Shown: positions 22,577-34,480 of the stretch, piece by piece
How positions within the stretch are numbered: position 1 is the first letter of the stretch
Layout of the letters: the number at the start of each line of letters is the position of its first letter
Assembly: GCF_054482525.1 (NCBI RefSeq)
Contig: NZ_CM137006.1
Direction: 5' to 3' (one strand)
DNA length: 64,000 bases
Notes under the pieces: generated by a model
Databases searched by the model: none
What the model was told of the DNA's origin: nothing
The model's input: only the letters and a program-made list of their open reading frames with translations
Position numbers and translations under genes: made by a program

Positions 22577-25535
22577 CCTTAATCGCGTCATCGGATGGTC
22601 TGGTTTACTGCTGACGTCTTTATTGAGTACCAGCGCACTCGCAGACAATATCGGCACCAGCGCAGAAGAGCTGGGGCTGAGCGATTATCGCCATTTTGTT
22701 ATTTATCCCCGTCTCGACAAGGCGCTGAAGGCACAGAAAAATAACGACGAAGCAACCGCCATCCGCGAATTTGAATATATACACCAGCAGGTGCCGGATA
22801 ATATTCCGCTAACTTTATACCTTGCGGAAGCCTATCGCCATTTTGGTCATGATGCCCGGGCGCGGCTGTTGCTTGAGGATCAACTGAAACGTCACCCAGG
22901 AGATGCCCGACTTGAGCGCAGTCTGGCGGCTATTCCAGTTGAAGTGAAAAGCGTTACGACTGTTGAAGAACTGCTTGCCCAGCAAAAAGCGTGCGACGCT
23001 GCGCCGACCCTGCGTTGTCGCAGTGAAGTTGGGCAGAATGCCCTGCGGCTGGCACAATTACCTGTCGCCAGAGCGCAACTGAACGATGCGACGTTTGCTG
23101 CATCGCCGGAAGGAAAAACGCTGCGAACCGATCTGCTGCAACGCGCAATCTACCTGAAACAATGGTCCCAGGCAGATACGCTATACAATGAAGCACGCCA
23201 GCAGAACACATTAAGCGCGGCAGAACGCCGCCAGTGGTTTGATGTGCTTCTTGCCGGGCAGCTGGACGATCGGATCCTGGCGCTGCAATCACAGGGGATC
23301 TTCACCGATCCTCAGTCATATATTACTTACGCGACCGCGCTGGCTTATCGTGGCGAAAAAGCACGCCTCCAGCGTTATCTCATTGAAAATACTCCGCTAT
23401 TTACCACGGACGCACAAGAGAAAAGTTGGCTCTATCTGTTATCTAAATACAGCGGCAACCCCGTTCAGGAGTTGGCGAATTATACGGTACAGTTTGCCGA
23501 CAACCGCCAGTATGTTGTTGGCGCGACGCTACCGGTGCTGTTAAAAGAAGGTCAGTACGACGCAGCGCAAAAACTGCTCGCCACCCTCCCCGCCAATGAA
23601 ATGCTTGAGGAGCGTTATACCGTTAGCGTAGCGACCCATAACAAGGCTGAAGCTCTGCGTCTGGCACGATTGCTGTATCAGCAAGAACCGGCAAATCTTA
23701 CCCGCCTGGATCAACTGACCTGGCAACTGATGCAGAACGAGCAGTCACGCGAAGCTGCCGATTTATTGCTGCAACGCTATCCTTTCCAGGGCGATGCGCG
23801 TGTCAGCCAGACTTTAATGGCGCGACTGGCGTCTCTGCTGGAAAGTCATCCTTACCTGGCAACGCCGGCGAAGGTGGCGATTTTATCGAAACCCTTACCG
23901 CTGGCGGAGCAACGTCAGTGGCAAAGTCAGTTGCCGGGTATTGCAGATAATTGCCCGGCAATAGTTCGCTTGCTGGGCGATATGTCGCCTTCCTACGATG
24001 CCGCCGCCTGGAACCGTCTGGCAAAGTGTTATCGGGACACGCTACCCGGTGTGGCGTTGTATGCATGGCTTCAGGCCGAACAACGACAACCGAACGCCTG
24101 GCAACATCGTGCGGTAGCCTATCAGGCGTATCAGGTTGAGGACTACGCCACCGCACTGGCGGCCTGGCAGAAAATCAGTCTTCACGACATGAGCAATGAG
24201 GATCTGCTTGCTGCTGCCAATACCGCCCAGGCGGCAGGAAATGGTGCGGCTCGCGATCGCTGGCTTCAGCAGGCAGAACAACGTGGGCTGGGAAACAATG
24301 CCCTCTACTGGTGGCTGCATGCGCAACGTTACATTCCTGGTCAGCCGGAACTCGCACTGAACGATCTCACGCGCTCAATCAATATTGCGCCTTCTGCCAA
24401 CGCTTACGTTGCGCGGGCGACAATTTATCGCCAACGTCATAATGTCCCGGCGGCGGTGAGTGATTTGCGCGCCGCTCTGGAACTGGAACCGAATAATAGC
24501 AACACCCAGGCAGCGCTCGGTTACGCCTTGTGGGATAGCGGTGATATCGCACAGTCGCGGGAAATGCTCGAACAGGCGCATAAAGGGCTACCGGACGATC
24601 CGGCACTTATCCGACAACTGGCCTACGTGAACCAGCGTCTGGATGACATGCCTGCGACGCAGCACTACGCCCGGCTGGTGATTGATGACATTGATAATCA
24701 GGCGCTGATAACCCCACTGACCCCAGAGCAAAATCAGCAACGCTTCAATTTCCGCCGTCTGCATGAGGAGGTCGGTCGCCGCTGGACGTTCAGTTTCGAT
24801 TCTTCTATCGGCTTGCGTTCCGGCGCAATGAGTACCGCTAACAATAATGTCGGCGGCGCAGCGCCAGGGAAAAGCTATCGTAGCTACGGGCAACTGGAAG
24901 CCGAGTACCGTATCGGACGCAATATGCTGCTGGAAGGCGACCTGCTCTCAGTTTATAGCCGCGTCTTTGCCGATACCGGTGAAAACGGGGTGATGATGCC
25001 GGTGAAAAATCCGATGTCCGGCACCGGTCTGCGCTGGAAGCCGCTGCGCGATCAGATCGTTTTCCTCGCCGTCGAACAGCAGTTGCCGCTGAACGGGCAA
25101 AATGGCGCATCCGATACCATGCTGCGCGCCAGCGCCTCATTCTTTAATGGCGGCAAATACAGCGACGAATGGCACCCGAACGGTTCAGGCTGGTTTGCCC
25201 AAAACCTGTACCTCGATGCGGCGCAATATGTCCGCCAGGATATTCAGGCGTGGACGGCAGATTATCGCGTAAGCTGGCATCAGAAGGTGGCGAACGGACA
25301 GACTATTGAGCCTTACGCTCACGTTCAGGACAACGGTTATCGTGATAAAGGCACTCAGGGCGCGCAGCTTGGCGGTGTCGGGGTCCGCTGGAATATCTGG
25401 ACCGGCGAGACGCACTACGACGCCTGGCCGCACAAACTCAGTCTCGGCATCGAATATCAACATACCTTTAAGGCGATTAATCAACGTAACGGAGAGCGCA
25501 ACAACGCGTTTCTCACCATTGGAGTGCACTGGTAA
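22563..25535 (+). CDS. nfrA: Phage N4 receptor outer membrane protein NfrA
   Basis: 990 codons from MKENNLNRVIGWSGLLLTSLLSTSALA (signal peptide); TPR-like region and C-terminal beta-barrel-like segment. Confidence 0.9.
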   Translation: MKENNLNRVIGWSGLLLTSLLSTSALADNIGTSAEELGLSDYRHFVIYPRLDKALKAQKNNDEATAIREFEYIHQQVPDNIPLTLYLAEAYRHFGHDARARLLLEDQLKRHPGDARLERSLAAIPVEVKSVTTVEELLAQQKACDAAPTLRCRSEVGQNALRLAQLPVARAQLNDATFAASPEGKTLRTDLLQRAIYLKQWSQADTLYNEARQQNTLSAAERRQWFDVLLAGQLDDRILALQSQGIFTDPQSYITYATALAYRGEKARLQRYLIENTPLFTTDAQEKSWLYLLSKYSGNPVQELANYTVQFADNRQYVVGATLPVLLKEGQYDAAQKLLATLPANEMLEERYTVSVATHNKAEALRLARLLYQQEPANLTRLDQLTWQLMQNEQSREAADLLLQRYPFQGDARVSQTLMARLASLLESHPYLATPAKVAILSKPLPLAEQRQWQSQLPGIADNCPAIVRLLGDMSPSYDAAAWNRLAKCYRDTLPGVALYAWLQAEQRQPNAWQHRAVAYQAYQVEDYATALAAWQKISLHDMSNEDLLAAANTAQAAGNGAARDRWLQQAEQRGLGNNALYWWLHAQRYIPGQPELALNDLTRSINIAPSANAYVARATIYRQRHNVPAAVSDLRAALELEPNNSNTQAALGYALWDSGDIAQSREMLEQAHKGLPDDPALIRQLAYVNQRLDDMPATQHYARLVIDDIDNQALITPLTPEQNQQRFNFRRLHEEVGRRWTFSFDSSIGLRSGAMSTANNNVGGAAPGKSYRSYGQLEAEYRIGRNMLLEGDLLSVYSRVFADTGENGVMMPVKNPMSGTGLRWKPLRDQIVFLAVEQQLPLNGQNGASDTMLRASASFFNGGKYSDEWHPNGSGWFAQNLYLDAAQYVRQDIQAWTADYRVSWHQKVANGQTIEPYAHVQDNGYRDKGTQGAQLGGVGVRWNIWTGETHYDAWPHKLSLGIEYQHTFKAINQRNGERNNAFLTIGVHW

Positions 25536-26426
25536 ATGCGTAAGTTCATTTTCGTATTGCTGACACTGCTTTTGGTCAGCCCTTTTTCCTTTGCGATGAA
25601 AGGTATTATCTGGCAGCCACAAAACCGTGATAGTCAGGTTACCGATACCCAGTGGCAGGGGCTGATGAGTCAGTTACGTTTGCAAGGCTTCGATACCCTG
25701 GTTTTGCAATGGACCCGTTACGGCGATGCATTCACCCAGCCAGAACAGCGCGCGTTATTGTTTAAGCGTGCCGCAGCTGCGCAACAGGCTGGCCTGAAGC
25801 TGATTGTCGGGCTGAATGCCGATCCGGAATTTTTTATGCACCAGAAACAGTCATCCGCGGCGCTGGAAAGCTATCTTAACCGCCTGCTGGCTGCCGATCT
25901 CCAGCAAGCCAGATTATGGAGCGCCGTACCTGGCGTAACGCCGGATGGCTGGTACATCAGCGCGGAAATTGACGACCTGAACTGGCGCAGCGAAGCCGCC
26001 CGTCAGCCTTTGCTGACATGGTTAAACAACGCGCAGCGGTTGATTAGCGATGTTTCAGCAAAACCGGTTTATATCAGTAGTTTTTTCGCCGGAAACATGT
26101 CGCCCGATGGCTATCGCCAACTGCTGGAACACGTTAAAACAACCGGCGTTAATGTCTGGGTACAGGATGGCAGCGGCGTGAATAAACTTACCGCTGAACA
26201 GCGTGAACGTTATCTACAGGCCAGCGCCGATTGCCAAAGTTCCGCCCCTGCCAGCGGCATTGTTTATGAACTGTTTGTCGCCGGCAAAGGCAAAACCTTT
26301 ACAGCGAAACCGAAACCGGATGCAGAGATCGCCTCGCTGTTAGCGAAACGTTCCTCTTGCGGTAAAGACACGCTCTATTTCTCTCTGCGCTATTTGCCCG
26401 TTGCGCACGGCATTCTCGAGTATTAA
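25536..26426 (+). CDS. ybcH: Uncharacterised exported protein YbcH
   Basis: 296-aa ORF with signal peptide, start overlapping the nfrA stop. Confidence 0.85.
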   Translation: MRKFIFVLLTLLLVSPFSFAMKGIIWQPQNRDSQVTDTQWQGLMSQLRLQGFDTLVLQWTRYGDAFTQPEQRALLFKRAAAAQQAGLKLIVGLNADPEFFMHQKQSSAALESYLNRLLAADLQQARLWSAVPGVTPDGWYISAEIDDLNWRSEAARQPLLTWLNNAQRLISDVSAKPVYISSFFAGNMSPDGYRQLLEHVKTTGVNVWVQDGSGVNKLTAEQRERYLQASADCQSSAPASGIVYELFVAGKGKTFTAKPKPDAEIASLLAKRSSCGKDTLYFSLRYLPVAHGILEY

Positions 26427-26608
26427 ATCTCCTCCAGGTAAGTCGGGTACGACCTGGCTTACCTCTTTCGCTCTCGTCAGAATTCCATCAAGATTAATTG
26501 CTAAAAAGCGTGCTAAAGAAAGAAGATCGTTATCGGCGAACGGGCCGATCACTCATGCAGGAAGCATAGATCCTTTGAGCGGAGTTTCTGATATCTGAGG
26601 AGTGCGAA

Positions 26609-27370
26609 ATGCAATTGAGCAGTAGTGAACCTTGCGTGGTGATCCTGACCGAAAAAGAGGTAGAGGTAAGCGTTAATAACCATGCTACGTTTACCCTTCC
26701 GAAAAACTACCTGGCCGCCTTCGCGTGCAACAATAACGTCATTGAACTCTCAACGTTAAATCACGTATTAATCACCCACATCAACCGTAACATCATCAAC
26801 GATTATCTGTTGTTTTTAAATAAGAACTTAACCTGCGTAAAGCCCTGGTCGCGGCTGGCAACCCCGGTTATCGCTTGTCATAGCCGTACACCGGAAGTGT
26901 TCCGGCTAGCCGCCAACCACAGCAAGCAGCAACCCAGCAAACCCTGCGAAGCGGAGTTGACGCGCGCATTGCTTTTTACCGTATTGTCTAACTTTCTTGA
27001 GCAATCGCGGTTTATTGCCCTACTGATGTATATCTTACGCAGTAGCGTCCGCGACAGCGTCTGCCGCATTATTCAAAGCGATATTCAGCATTACTGGAAT
27101 CTGCGAATTGTCGCCAGTTCGCTATGTTTAAGCCCCAGCCTGCTCAAAAAGAAATTAAAAAACGAAAATACCAGCTATAGCCAGATTGTCACAGAGTGTC
27201 GTATGCGTTACGCCGTACAGATGTTATTGATGGATAACAAAAATATCACTCAGGTAGCGCAATTATGTGGCTATAGCAGCACGTCGTACTTTATCTCTGT
27301 TTTTAAGGCGTTTTACGGCCTGACACCGTTGAATTATCTCGCCAAACAGCGACAAAAAGTGATGTGGTGA
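26609..27370 (+). CDS. envY: AraC-family transcriptional regulator EnvY
   Basis: 253-aa ORF with C-terminal AraC-type HTH (..YSSTSYFISVFKAFYGLTPLNYL..). Confidence 0.88.
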   Translation: MQLSSSEPCVVILTEKEVEVSVNNHATFTLPKNYLAAFACNNNVIELSTLNHVLITHINRNIINDYLLFLNKNLTCVKPWSRLATPVIACHSRTPEVFRLAANHSKQQPSKPCEAELTRALLFTVLSNFLEQSRFIALLMYILRSSVRDSVCRIIQSDIQHYWNLRIVASSLCLSPSLLKKKLKNENTSYSQIVTECRMRYAVQMLLMDNKNITQVAQLCGYSSTSYFISVFKAFYGLTPLNYLAKQRQKVMW

Positions 27371-27415
27371 AGGGCAAAGCGGAAACAGATAAGACGGGCA
27401 TAAATGAAGAAGAAA

Positions 27416-27492
27416 TGGCGCGCCCTGCAGGATTCGAACCTGCGGCCCACGACTTAGAAGGTCGTTGCTCTATCCAACTGAGCTAAGGGCGC
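27416..27492 (-). tRNA. argU: tRNA-Arg (anticodon UCU), argU
   Basis: Reverse complement reads GCGCCCTTAGCTCAGTTGGATAGAGCAACGACCTTCTAAGTCGTGGGCCGCAGGTTCGAATCCTGCAGGGCGCGCCA; cloverleaf with TCT anticodon and encoded CCA end. Confidence 0.95.
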
Positions 27493-27734
27493 GTTGATAC
27501 CGCAATGCGGTGTAATCGCGTGAATTATACGGTCAACCCTTGCTGAGTCAATGGCTTTTGATCTGTTTGCTGAACAAGTGAACGACCGCGTCTGATTTTC
27601 TGATTTATTTCGCTATAGCGGCAAACAAACGTACACCGCTGCGCGTCTGAATCAAGAAAACCCGTATTTTCATGTATCAAAGTACAATTTCCCGCCCTAA
27701 CGGAAAATTGTCCGATCCTATGAGACTGGTAACT

Positions 27735-28367
27735 ATGAAACCAACGTCGGTGATCATTATGGATACTCATCCTATCATCAGAATGTCTATTGAAGTTCTG
27801 TTGCAAAAAAACAGTGAATTGCAAATTGTCCTGAAAACGGATGATTATCGCATAACCATCGATTATCTCCGAACCCGTCCTGTTGATTTAATCATTATGG
27901 ATATAGACTTGCCCGGAACAGACGGTTTTACCTTCCTGAAAAGGATCAAACAAATCCAGAGCACAGTGAAAGTATTATTTTTATCATCGAAATCAGAATG
28001 CTTTTATGCTGGCAGAGCGATACAAGCTGGTGCTAACGGTTTTGTCAGTAAATGCAATGATCAGAATGATATTTTTCACGCCGTTCAGATGATCCTCTCC
28101 GGATACACTTTTTTCCCCAGCGAAACGCTCAACTATATAAAAAGCAATAAATGCAGTACGAATAGTTCAACGGTCACGGTGCTATCTAATCGTGAAGTGA
28201 CCATATTACGTTATCTGGTTAGCGGATTATCCAATAAAGAAATTGCCGATAAGTTATTACTTAGCAATAAAACAGTTAGTGCGCATAAATCTAATATTTA
28301 TCGCAAGCTAGGTTTGCATTCAATTGTAGAGCTTATCGACTACGCCAAATTATATGAATTAATATAA
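27735..28367 (+). CDS. fimZ: LuxR/FixJ-family response regulator FimZ
   Basis: 210 codons from MKPTSVIIMDTHPIIRMSIEVLL...; receiver domain plus C-terminal LuxR HTH. Confidence 0.9.
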   Translation: MKPTSVIIMDTHPIIRMSIEVLLQKNSELQIVLKTDDYRITIDYLRTRPVDLIIMDIDLPGTDGFTFLKRIKQIQSTVKVLFLSSKSECFYAGRAIQAGANGFVSKCNDQNDIFHAVQMILSGYTFFPSETLNYIKSNKCSTNSSTVTVLSNREVTILRYLVSGLSNKEIADKLLLSNKTVSAHKSNIYRKLGLHSIVELIDYAKLYELI

Positions 28368-28369
28368 TA

Positions 28370-28885
28370 TTAATTATAATTGATCATAAATATCGCATCC
28401 GCTTTCGCCACACCTGGCTGAACACCGCTGGCTAACGCTCGATAATTGGCAAAAAAGTTTAGTGTGACATTGCCATTTGCATCTACTTCCTCAGTCGGGC
28501 TCGCCTCCCCCAGTGCGAGCCGGGAGCGATCGCTATTACGTAATTCGATGGCGACGGTTTGTGCCATTGCGGGATCATCCAAAGCCAGCAGGTTGGCATC
28601 AGCTGCCGGCGTTCCCGTAAATAAAATCGCAACTGAACCCGGAGGACATCCCTCCAGCCGCAGGCTAAAAGGGACGAGTGCCGTGGTATCGCCAGCGCTC
28701 AGTAATTGTGTCGTAGGCCATCTGCCTAAATCTACCGTCTTATCCTTATCCGCTGTGTTTACGGTACAGGAGAAATCAACAACGTTACCGTGCAAATTGA
28801 TATTAATCGTTCCTAAAGGGTCAACTGCCCATCCACTGGAACTCCACAGTAGCCCGCAGAAACAGCTAAAGAGTACTCTTCTCAT
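28370..28885 (-). CDS. sfmF: Fimbrial-like subunit SfmF
   Basis: 171 codons from MRRVLFSCFCGLLWSSSGWA; fimbrial subunit C-terminus. Confidence 0.85.
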   Translation of the reverse strand: MRRVLFSCFCGLLWSSSGWAVDPLGTININLHGNVVDFSCTVNTADKDKTVDLGRWPTTQLLSAGDTTALVPFSLRLEGCPPGSVAILFTGTPAADANLLALDDPAMAQTVAIELRNSDRSRLALGEASPTEEVDANGNVTLNFFANYRALASGVQPGVAKADAIFMINYN

Positions 28886-28895
28886 TCTCCGTACC

Positions 28896-29903
28896 TCATT
28901 GATAATCGACGCGTAAATACCCCAGCGCGCTAAACGGCCCTTCGGTCGGTTTTTGACCGGTAATACTGATAGGCCAGGCGCGAAGTGTGACATTGGCTGC
29001 CGCAGCTGCATCCAGACGGAAAGGAATAACGCTATTGAGATCGTTAGGCGTGATCGGCGTATCGTTCTGATCGGCCACAATAAAACCTAAATCCTGATTG
29101 TCCGACACCATCGCCTGACCAGAAACGGCACTGGCTTCCAGACGCATTGTTAAATAAGCCTGCGCAGCAACATTCGTACATTTGATCGCAATGCTCTTGG
29201 TTTGCGGCATGACACCAGCTGGTCGATTCCCCGGCCCTGCCGCACTAAATAACGATGCGCCGATATCACCAAAATCAAATTCAACAATTTGCCCGGCATT
29301 TAATTCGCAGTTTTGCGGTACTTCAACCCGGCCCCCAAAACTAATGGTATAAACAGGTGTAACCAACGGATCGTTAGGCGTTGATGTCACATACACGGTA
29401 AACATCACCTGTCTGGGGATCTCCACCATGTTAATAAAGGGACGAATAACCTTTAAACGAAATATCAAACGAGAATCCATCACCCCGAACGGAAGGTTTT
29501 GCGAAACGTTAGGATCTGTTCCCATACGAATATAATTTTGCGGGGGGAATTGAATATCCATCACGCTATCAACCAGACTCATCGCACCTAATAGATAATC
29601 ATTTAATTGCATATATTTATAATTATCGATAGTTTCCTGAACAATAAAGTTGGTGACATAACTACGGTATGTATAATTCACCAGCGTGCCGGGTGGACAA
29701 ATTGCTGACACACCTACCCAGCCGGATTTTTCCGGTAAAACAACAATCTGGCCTGGCTGGTTATTGGTGCTATTAAAGACATTTGAGAGATCATAGTGTT
29801 CATCTTCTGCTACGCCAGTACTATTTGCACAAACAGTAGCCCAGGATATGTTTGCCAGACACAAACATGCCATTGCCAATAATAATCTGCAGATTATCTT
29901 CAT
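28896..29903 (-). CDS. sfmH: Fimbrial tip adhesin-like protein SfmH
   Basis: 335-aa track ORF (a start at MACLCLANISWA would give 325 aa); FimH-like position in the operon. Confidence 0.85.
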   Translation of the reverse strand: MKIICRLLLAMACLCLANISWATVCANSTGVAEDEHYDLSNVFNSTNNQPGQIVVLPEKSGWVGVSAICPPGTLVNYTYRSYVTNFIVQETIDNYKYMQLNDYLLGAMSLVDSVMDIQFPPQNYIRMGTDPNVSQNLPFGVMDSRLIFRLKVIRPFINMVEIPRQVMFTVYVTSTPNDPLVTPVYTISFGGRVEVPQNCELNAGQIVEFDFGDIGASLFSAAGPGNRPAGVMPQTKSIAIKCTNVAAQAYLTMRLEASAVSGQAMVSDNQDLGFIVADQNDTPITPNDLNSVIPFRLDAAAAANVTLRAWPISITGQKPTEGPFSALGYLRVDYQ

Positions 29904-29915
29904 TGATAATTTCCT

Positions 29916-32525
29916 TTATGAGCCAGGATGTGTGCAAACTGCCGAAATAACAGTGACGGCTTGCTGTAAGCTTTGCTTCGGCAATACATAGTGCGCAATG
30001 CAGCGTGAGTTCGCGCCGTCTCCCCACTGAACCAGTAATTCACCAGACAATGGCGCACCGCTTAAATAAACTTGCCCGTCATCACCCACCATACTGGTTA
30101 TTCCGGTACTGTTTTCCCGTACCAGTGATCCAAACGGCACCGGTTTTCCGCCCTGGGTAACGGTAATGAGCGCCCGCACGCCTATGCGGGTATCAAAATT
30201 GGCACGAACCAACGCGCCTTGCGTCGGCACAACGCTGCTAATATTTTTTTCAACATCGATGGAATTCCCCATCGTATTGGTATCAAGCGCGATACGGTTA
30301 TACCGATAAACCGTGGCATACGGCATCACCGCATAGCCGCGCCAGTCGGTTAAAATGCCAGTTTGATTTTCAATGCGTACACCGCCTGCGCCAGGCGCTT
30401 TAATCAAAACATTGGTATCCCCTAAAGGCTGGCTCAGCGTTATGCCATTTTCATGTCCGACCACACCGCCAGACAGCTGCCAGTTAACGTCATGTTGATC
30501 GCGGTCGTAGTTATACCCGACCCCCAGCGTACCGTAAGCGGCCTGCCAGTTTGCCGTGGCGCTGCCCGTATACCCATTATTCGAGGTATCGCCCTGGCTT
30601 ACGTGATAACTCAGGTTGTGGCCTTCCAGTAAGGTCCCACCAACGCCTGCCAGCCAGCTATTTTGCCCGTTGCTGTTACGGTTGGCGTTAAAGGAGGCAT
30701 AAGCGCGGTCGAGCGCATTTTCCCGGGTGTAGCGACGTTTGGTCAGAACATTGAAAGGCACTGAAACATTAAGTCCGACAATACGTTCGTTATCGGGGAT
30801 CCCTACAGATTCATTCCACGAAAATGAGAGTGAATAACTGATGCCAACCCAGCTGCTGGTATACCCCACCTGATACCAGGTATCTGAATCCGAAGTATTC
30901 CAGTATTTTTGATGGGTACCAGAAATATAAAGCGAGCCAAAGTCATTAAGTGATTGTGAAATATTTAACTGTAAACGGTCTTTACGACTAAAGCGTAAAT
31001 TGTGGTAATTCACGATTATCGGTTCATCGCGATGCTCACCGTCATAATCGTAATCATATTCGTACCCCTCCATTCGACGATACGCAACATCATCAAGGGT
31101 ATAAAAACCTTGTGTCGAATAGCGGTAACCCATTAACTGAAAATTGGTGCCGAAAGTGTTCATTGATTTCGCATAGAGGAAGCGAATGGAATCCCCCTCA
31201 TGACGACTGTCGTCGGCTAACTGACTGCGCGCATGCGTTACATCCAGCGACACTGCGCCCCAGTTCCCGAGATTGCGCCCCAGCCCTAATAAAAAGGCGG
31301 TGTAATTGGCAGATAATTGCGTCCCGCCGTAGGCAGTAAATTCCTGTGGTAAACCGCCGAGTGCCGTGCCCTGAAAAAAGAAAGGCGACGATTGCTGACT
31401 ATTACCGCTACGAAAATCGCCCGCCGTCAGGTCAAATTTGAAACGCCCTTCGCGTTGTAAAATCGGCACTGTTGAATACGGAATTGTATAATTCTGCTGA
31501 TTGCCATCGCGCTCGTCGATGGTGACATCCAGATCGCCATTTGAAGATGTCGGGTGCAAATCTGTAATTTCAAAAGCGCCGGGGGAAACATAGCTTTGAT
31601 AGATAATAAAACCATTTTGCCGAATCGTTAGCTGGGCCGCCGTACGGGCAATCCCACGTACCGTTGGGGCAAACCCTTGCTGGCTATCAGGATACATATT
31701 ATCGGAAGAATAAAGCCGTACACCACGAAATCCAACGCCATCGAAAATATCACTTCCTGTATTGCCGTCTCCCATTACCAGTTCACTTTTCAGCGGAATA
31801 ATGGCGCGCTGTACCCAGGTGCCAATATTATTCCACTGTTCTGAATGATATCCATTTCCGCGAAAATAGTTCCAGGAACCATTGTTGCGTAAACGCCACG
31901 GGCCAATATTAATCCCGCTGAGCTCACTAAAAAAATAGCTATCGTTACCATTACCTCTGTTACCGGTGAAATTATAATTCAGGAGTAAAGCAGGAATACC
32001 TTCATCCCACTCTTCAGGCGGAATGTAACCGTGAGCGCTACTCAACAACGCTATCTGAGGAATAGTGATGTTCAGGCGCATCGCTGCAAAATCAAAGTTA
32101 ATTGTGGCATCAGGTACAGCTTTCAGTAAATTAATGCATTTATTATTTTGCTGCTGGGCTAACTCGGGGAATGCACTGCTATTAAGGCCAATTCGTTCAA
32201 GGAGTGCCTGATTAAAACAAGGCATTAACCCACCTGATTTATCACCTGTATTTACTGTCGTCGATTCAAATACGATATCCTGTGAACCAATGAACTCATC
32301 ATTACGCCAGAGATCCACCCGATACACGCCCGCAGGTTGATGATTACCTCTCTCAAAGCGCGATAAATCAGCAACGGATGTGCCATTCTCTAATAAAAAT
32401 GCCGGGTTGAAATAACTTTCCGCATAGCTTAAAAAGGAGGGTAAAATGGCAAGAGATGAATAACAAATTCCGGCCAGACACCAGGTATACCTCTGCGGAA
32501 TATCCGTAGTAGTGGGTATTTTCAT
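29916..32525 (-). CDS. sfmD: Fimbrial outer membrane usher SfmD
   Basis: 869-aa ORF, usher family. Confidence 0.92.
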   Translation of the reverse strand: MKIPTTTDIPQRYTWCLAGICYSSLAILPSFLSYAESYFNPAFLLENGTSVADLSRFERGNHQPAGVYRVDLWRNDEFIGSQDIVFESTTVNTGDKSGGLMPCFNQALLERIGLNSSAFPELAQQQNNKCINLLKAVPDATINFDFAAMRLNITIPQIALLSSAHGYIPPEEWDEGIPALLLNYNFTGNRGNGNDSYFFSELSGINIGPWRLRNNGSWNYFRGNGYHSEQWNNIGTWVQRAIIPLKSELVMGDGNTGSDIFDGVGFRGVRLYSSDNMYPDSQQGFAPTVRGIARTAAQLTIRQNGFIIYQSYVSPGAFEITDLHPTSSNGDLDVTIDERDGNQQNYTIPYSTVPILQREGRFKFDLTAGDFRSGNSQQSSPFFFQGTALGGLPQEFTAYGGTQLSANYTAFLLGLGRNLGNWGAVSLDVTHARSQLADDSRHEGDSIRFLYAKSMNTFGTNFQLMGYRYSTQGFYTLDDVAYRRMEGYEYDYDYDGEHRDEPIIVNYHNLRFSRKDRLQLNISQSLNDFGSLYISGTHQKYWNTSDSDTWYQVGYTSSWVGISYSLSFSWNESVGIPDNERIVGLNVSVPFNVLTKRRYTRENALDRAYASFNANRNSNGQNSWLAGVGGTLLEGHNLSYHVSQGDTSNNGYTGSATANWQAAYGTLGVGYNYDRDQHDVNWQLSGGVVGHENGITLSQPLGDTNVLIKAPGAGGVRIENQTGILTDWRGYAVMPYATVYRYNRIALDTNTMGNSIDVEKNISSVVPTQGALVRANFDTRIGVRALITVTQGGKPVPFGSLVRENSTGITSMVGDDGQVYLSGAPLSGELLVQWGDGANSRCIAHYVLPKQSLQQAVTVISAVCTHPGS

Positions 32526-32555
32526 AATTAGCTCTGATATTGTCAGATGATTCGG

Positions 32556-33248
32556 TTAGTTTAAGTTCACTTCTCTGACCGGGGTTACTGAACCATAATC
32601 ATTAACGGTCTGAAATTTCAGCTTTCCCTGCACTCCTGAGGGTAAGGGAATTTGTGAATTAACTCTGGGTGCAGCCATAGCATTCCCCAGTTTTTGGCTG
32701 CCCACTTGCAAGTTAACCAGGGTGACATAAAAAGGTGATGGATTATGAACATTGATATAGTTACCGGATCGCGAAAACTTGAGTGTGTCCGGCGCTTCTG
32801 CGGGTAATTCTTGTAATTGAATTGGACGGAGAAATAATTTCATGCGCGATAAAATCGCCAGTTGCAAAACATTCCTGCCGTTCAATGCATTTTTATCTAC
32901 CGAAGGGATCGTCTTAACATTCATCCAGAACAGAGACTCACGATCTGCCGCCAGCGGTGGACCGGTGTAAATAATACGCAAAGTATTTTCGCTTTTGGGT
33001 TCACTAACAAACAGTGGCGGTGTAATGATGAATGACTTTTCTTTTACACCGCTGCTGTTTTCAATCCATGAATTGACCAGAAAGCGCTCATTGGTATGGC
33101 TATTTCTAATCCATACCGCAGTCTGTTTAGCATCAGCGGGATAAATAATACGCGTGGCACCTAATGCGATCCCTCCGGCAGCATGGGCGCTGGTCGAAAT
33201 GATTAAATAAAATATAATGAGCATCAATAACTTTATTTTAGTCATCAT
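32556..33248 (-). CDS. sfmC: Fimbrial periplasmic chaperone SfmC
   Basis: 230-aa ORF with signal peptide; PapD-like. Confidence 0.9.
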   Translation of the reverse strand: MMTKIKLLMLIIFYLIISTSAHAAGGIALGATRIIYPADAKQTAVWIRNSHTNERFLVNSWIENSSGVKEKSFIITPPLFVSEPKSENTLRIIYTGPPLAADRESLFWMNVKTIPSVDKNALNGRNVLQLAILSRMKLFLRPIQLQELPAEAPDTLKFSRSGNYINVHNPSPFYVTLVNLQVGSQKLGNAMAAPRVNSQIPLPSGVQGKLKFQTVNDYGSVTPVREVNLN

Positions 33249-33467
33249 AGTTAATACGCCTTGTGTATTCCTGACGGCAAAAATAAGGAGTATAAAGAAA
33301 TGATTGCTTTGGTTTCTTACAACACATCATTCCCTTTTCATTTAATAAAGCGGCATGATACAAAGTGAACATGATTTCGATTTACATTGCCACCATACCG
33401 CTTCAGACAACCGGTACATTACTTTGTTATAAGACGTGATATATAATTCAAAACAACGTGGTTTTGA

Positions 33468-34010
33468 TTATTCGTATCTCATAATAAAAGTCGCGTCAGC
33501 ATTTGCTTGCCCTGCTGATGCACTTGTACCGGTGCCTTTATAACGTGCAGAAAAATGAAGAACGTTGGTCCCGGGGATCAAGTTCTGGTTGGTTGAGAAG
33601 CTATTCCCATCAGGTTTGAGAATTGCGGATGTATTATCAAGTATTTCAATACCGACACCCGTTGCTGTTGTTGTATTAGTACTGGATGCAATGGCCAATA
33701 AATTATCATTGATTGCATCCGCCTGACCAGAAAATGCAACGGCAGCATTAGCGGCAACGACAGGATCGCAGTCGTTCAACTGTATAGTGAATGGAATTAA
33801 TGCAGAGGTATTACCAACAGCATTGAAAATATCGGTACGATATTGACCGAGTGTGACAACCTGGTCTGCCGAGTCAGTATTCACTGAACAGGCAGCATTC
33901 ACCAGTTCGCCTTCAAAGTGAATTGTACCGCCATCTACAACGGCAGCATAACTACCCGTAGCGGCGAATAGTGCGGCGGCCAGCGCAGACGAAATAAATC
34001 TTAATTTCAT
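33468..34010 (-). CDS. sfmA: Type 1-like major fimbrial subunit SfmA
   Basis: 180 codons from [22 protein letters not shown]. Confidence 0.88.
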   Translation of the reverse strand: MKLRFISSALAAALFAATGSYAAVVDGGTIHFEGELVNAACSVNTDSADQVVTLGQYRTDIFNAVGNTSALIPFTIQLNDCDPVVAANAAVAFSGQADAINDNLLAIASSTNTTTATGVGIEILDNTSAILKPDGNSFSTNQNLIPGTNVLHFSARYKGTGTSASAGQANADATFIMRYE

Positions 34011-34480
34011 ATATATTCCTTCAATCTCATTTATCGACTCCACATCCGTATATAACCGATTACTTTATTTAAGACACTGATAGTAGTAAATTCCTTTTTA
34101 TCCTCTAAGAATGTCTTAATTGAAAATATGCACTCTATTCTAAAAAACAGAGAGCCCCGTTAGATGAATACTTCCGCGCAAAATATATTCAACACAAATA
34201 TAGACCTGAAGCGGTAAATTACCAGACTGAAAATTCTTTTTATATTGTCAGGTATTTCTTAAATTATCTTAATCCTTTGACAAGGAAATAAGTCAGTTCC
34301 AGATTTACAACGCCATCATGGACGAAAAATGAAGCTTTCAATCTCAGCGACAGTGCGCCTCACCTTCGCACGAGGTCGCTTCACGCGATAAATCTGAAAC
34401 GAAACCTGACAGCGCGTCCCGCTTCTGACAAAATAGGCGCATCCCCTTCGACCTACGTAACAGATGGAATCCTCTCTCTG

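Noticed and set aside
26427-26608. Small intergenic ORFs between ybcH and envY (for example 26401..26598, 65 aa)
   Set aside because: No convincing RBS, overlap with neighbouring genes or their terminator region, and non-protein-like composition.
27495-27734. Possible prophage remnant or integrase fragment next to argU
   Set aside because: The interval is short, AT-rich promoter-like sequence upstream of fimZ with no ORF of integrase size or att-like direct repeat of the tRNA 3-prime end.
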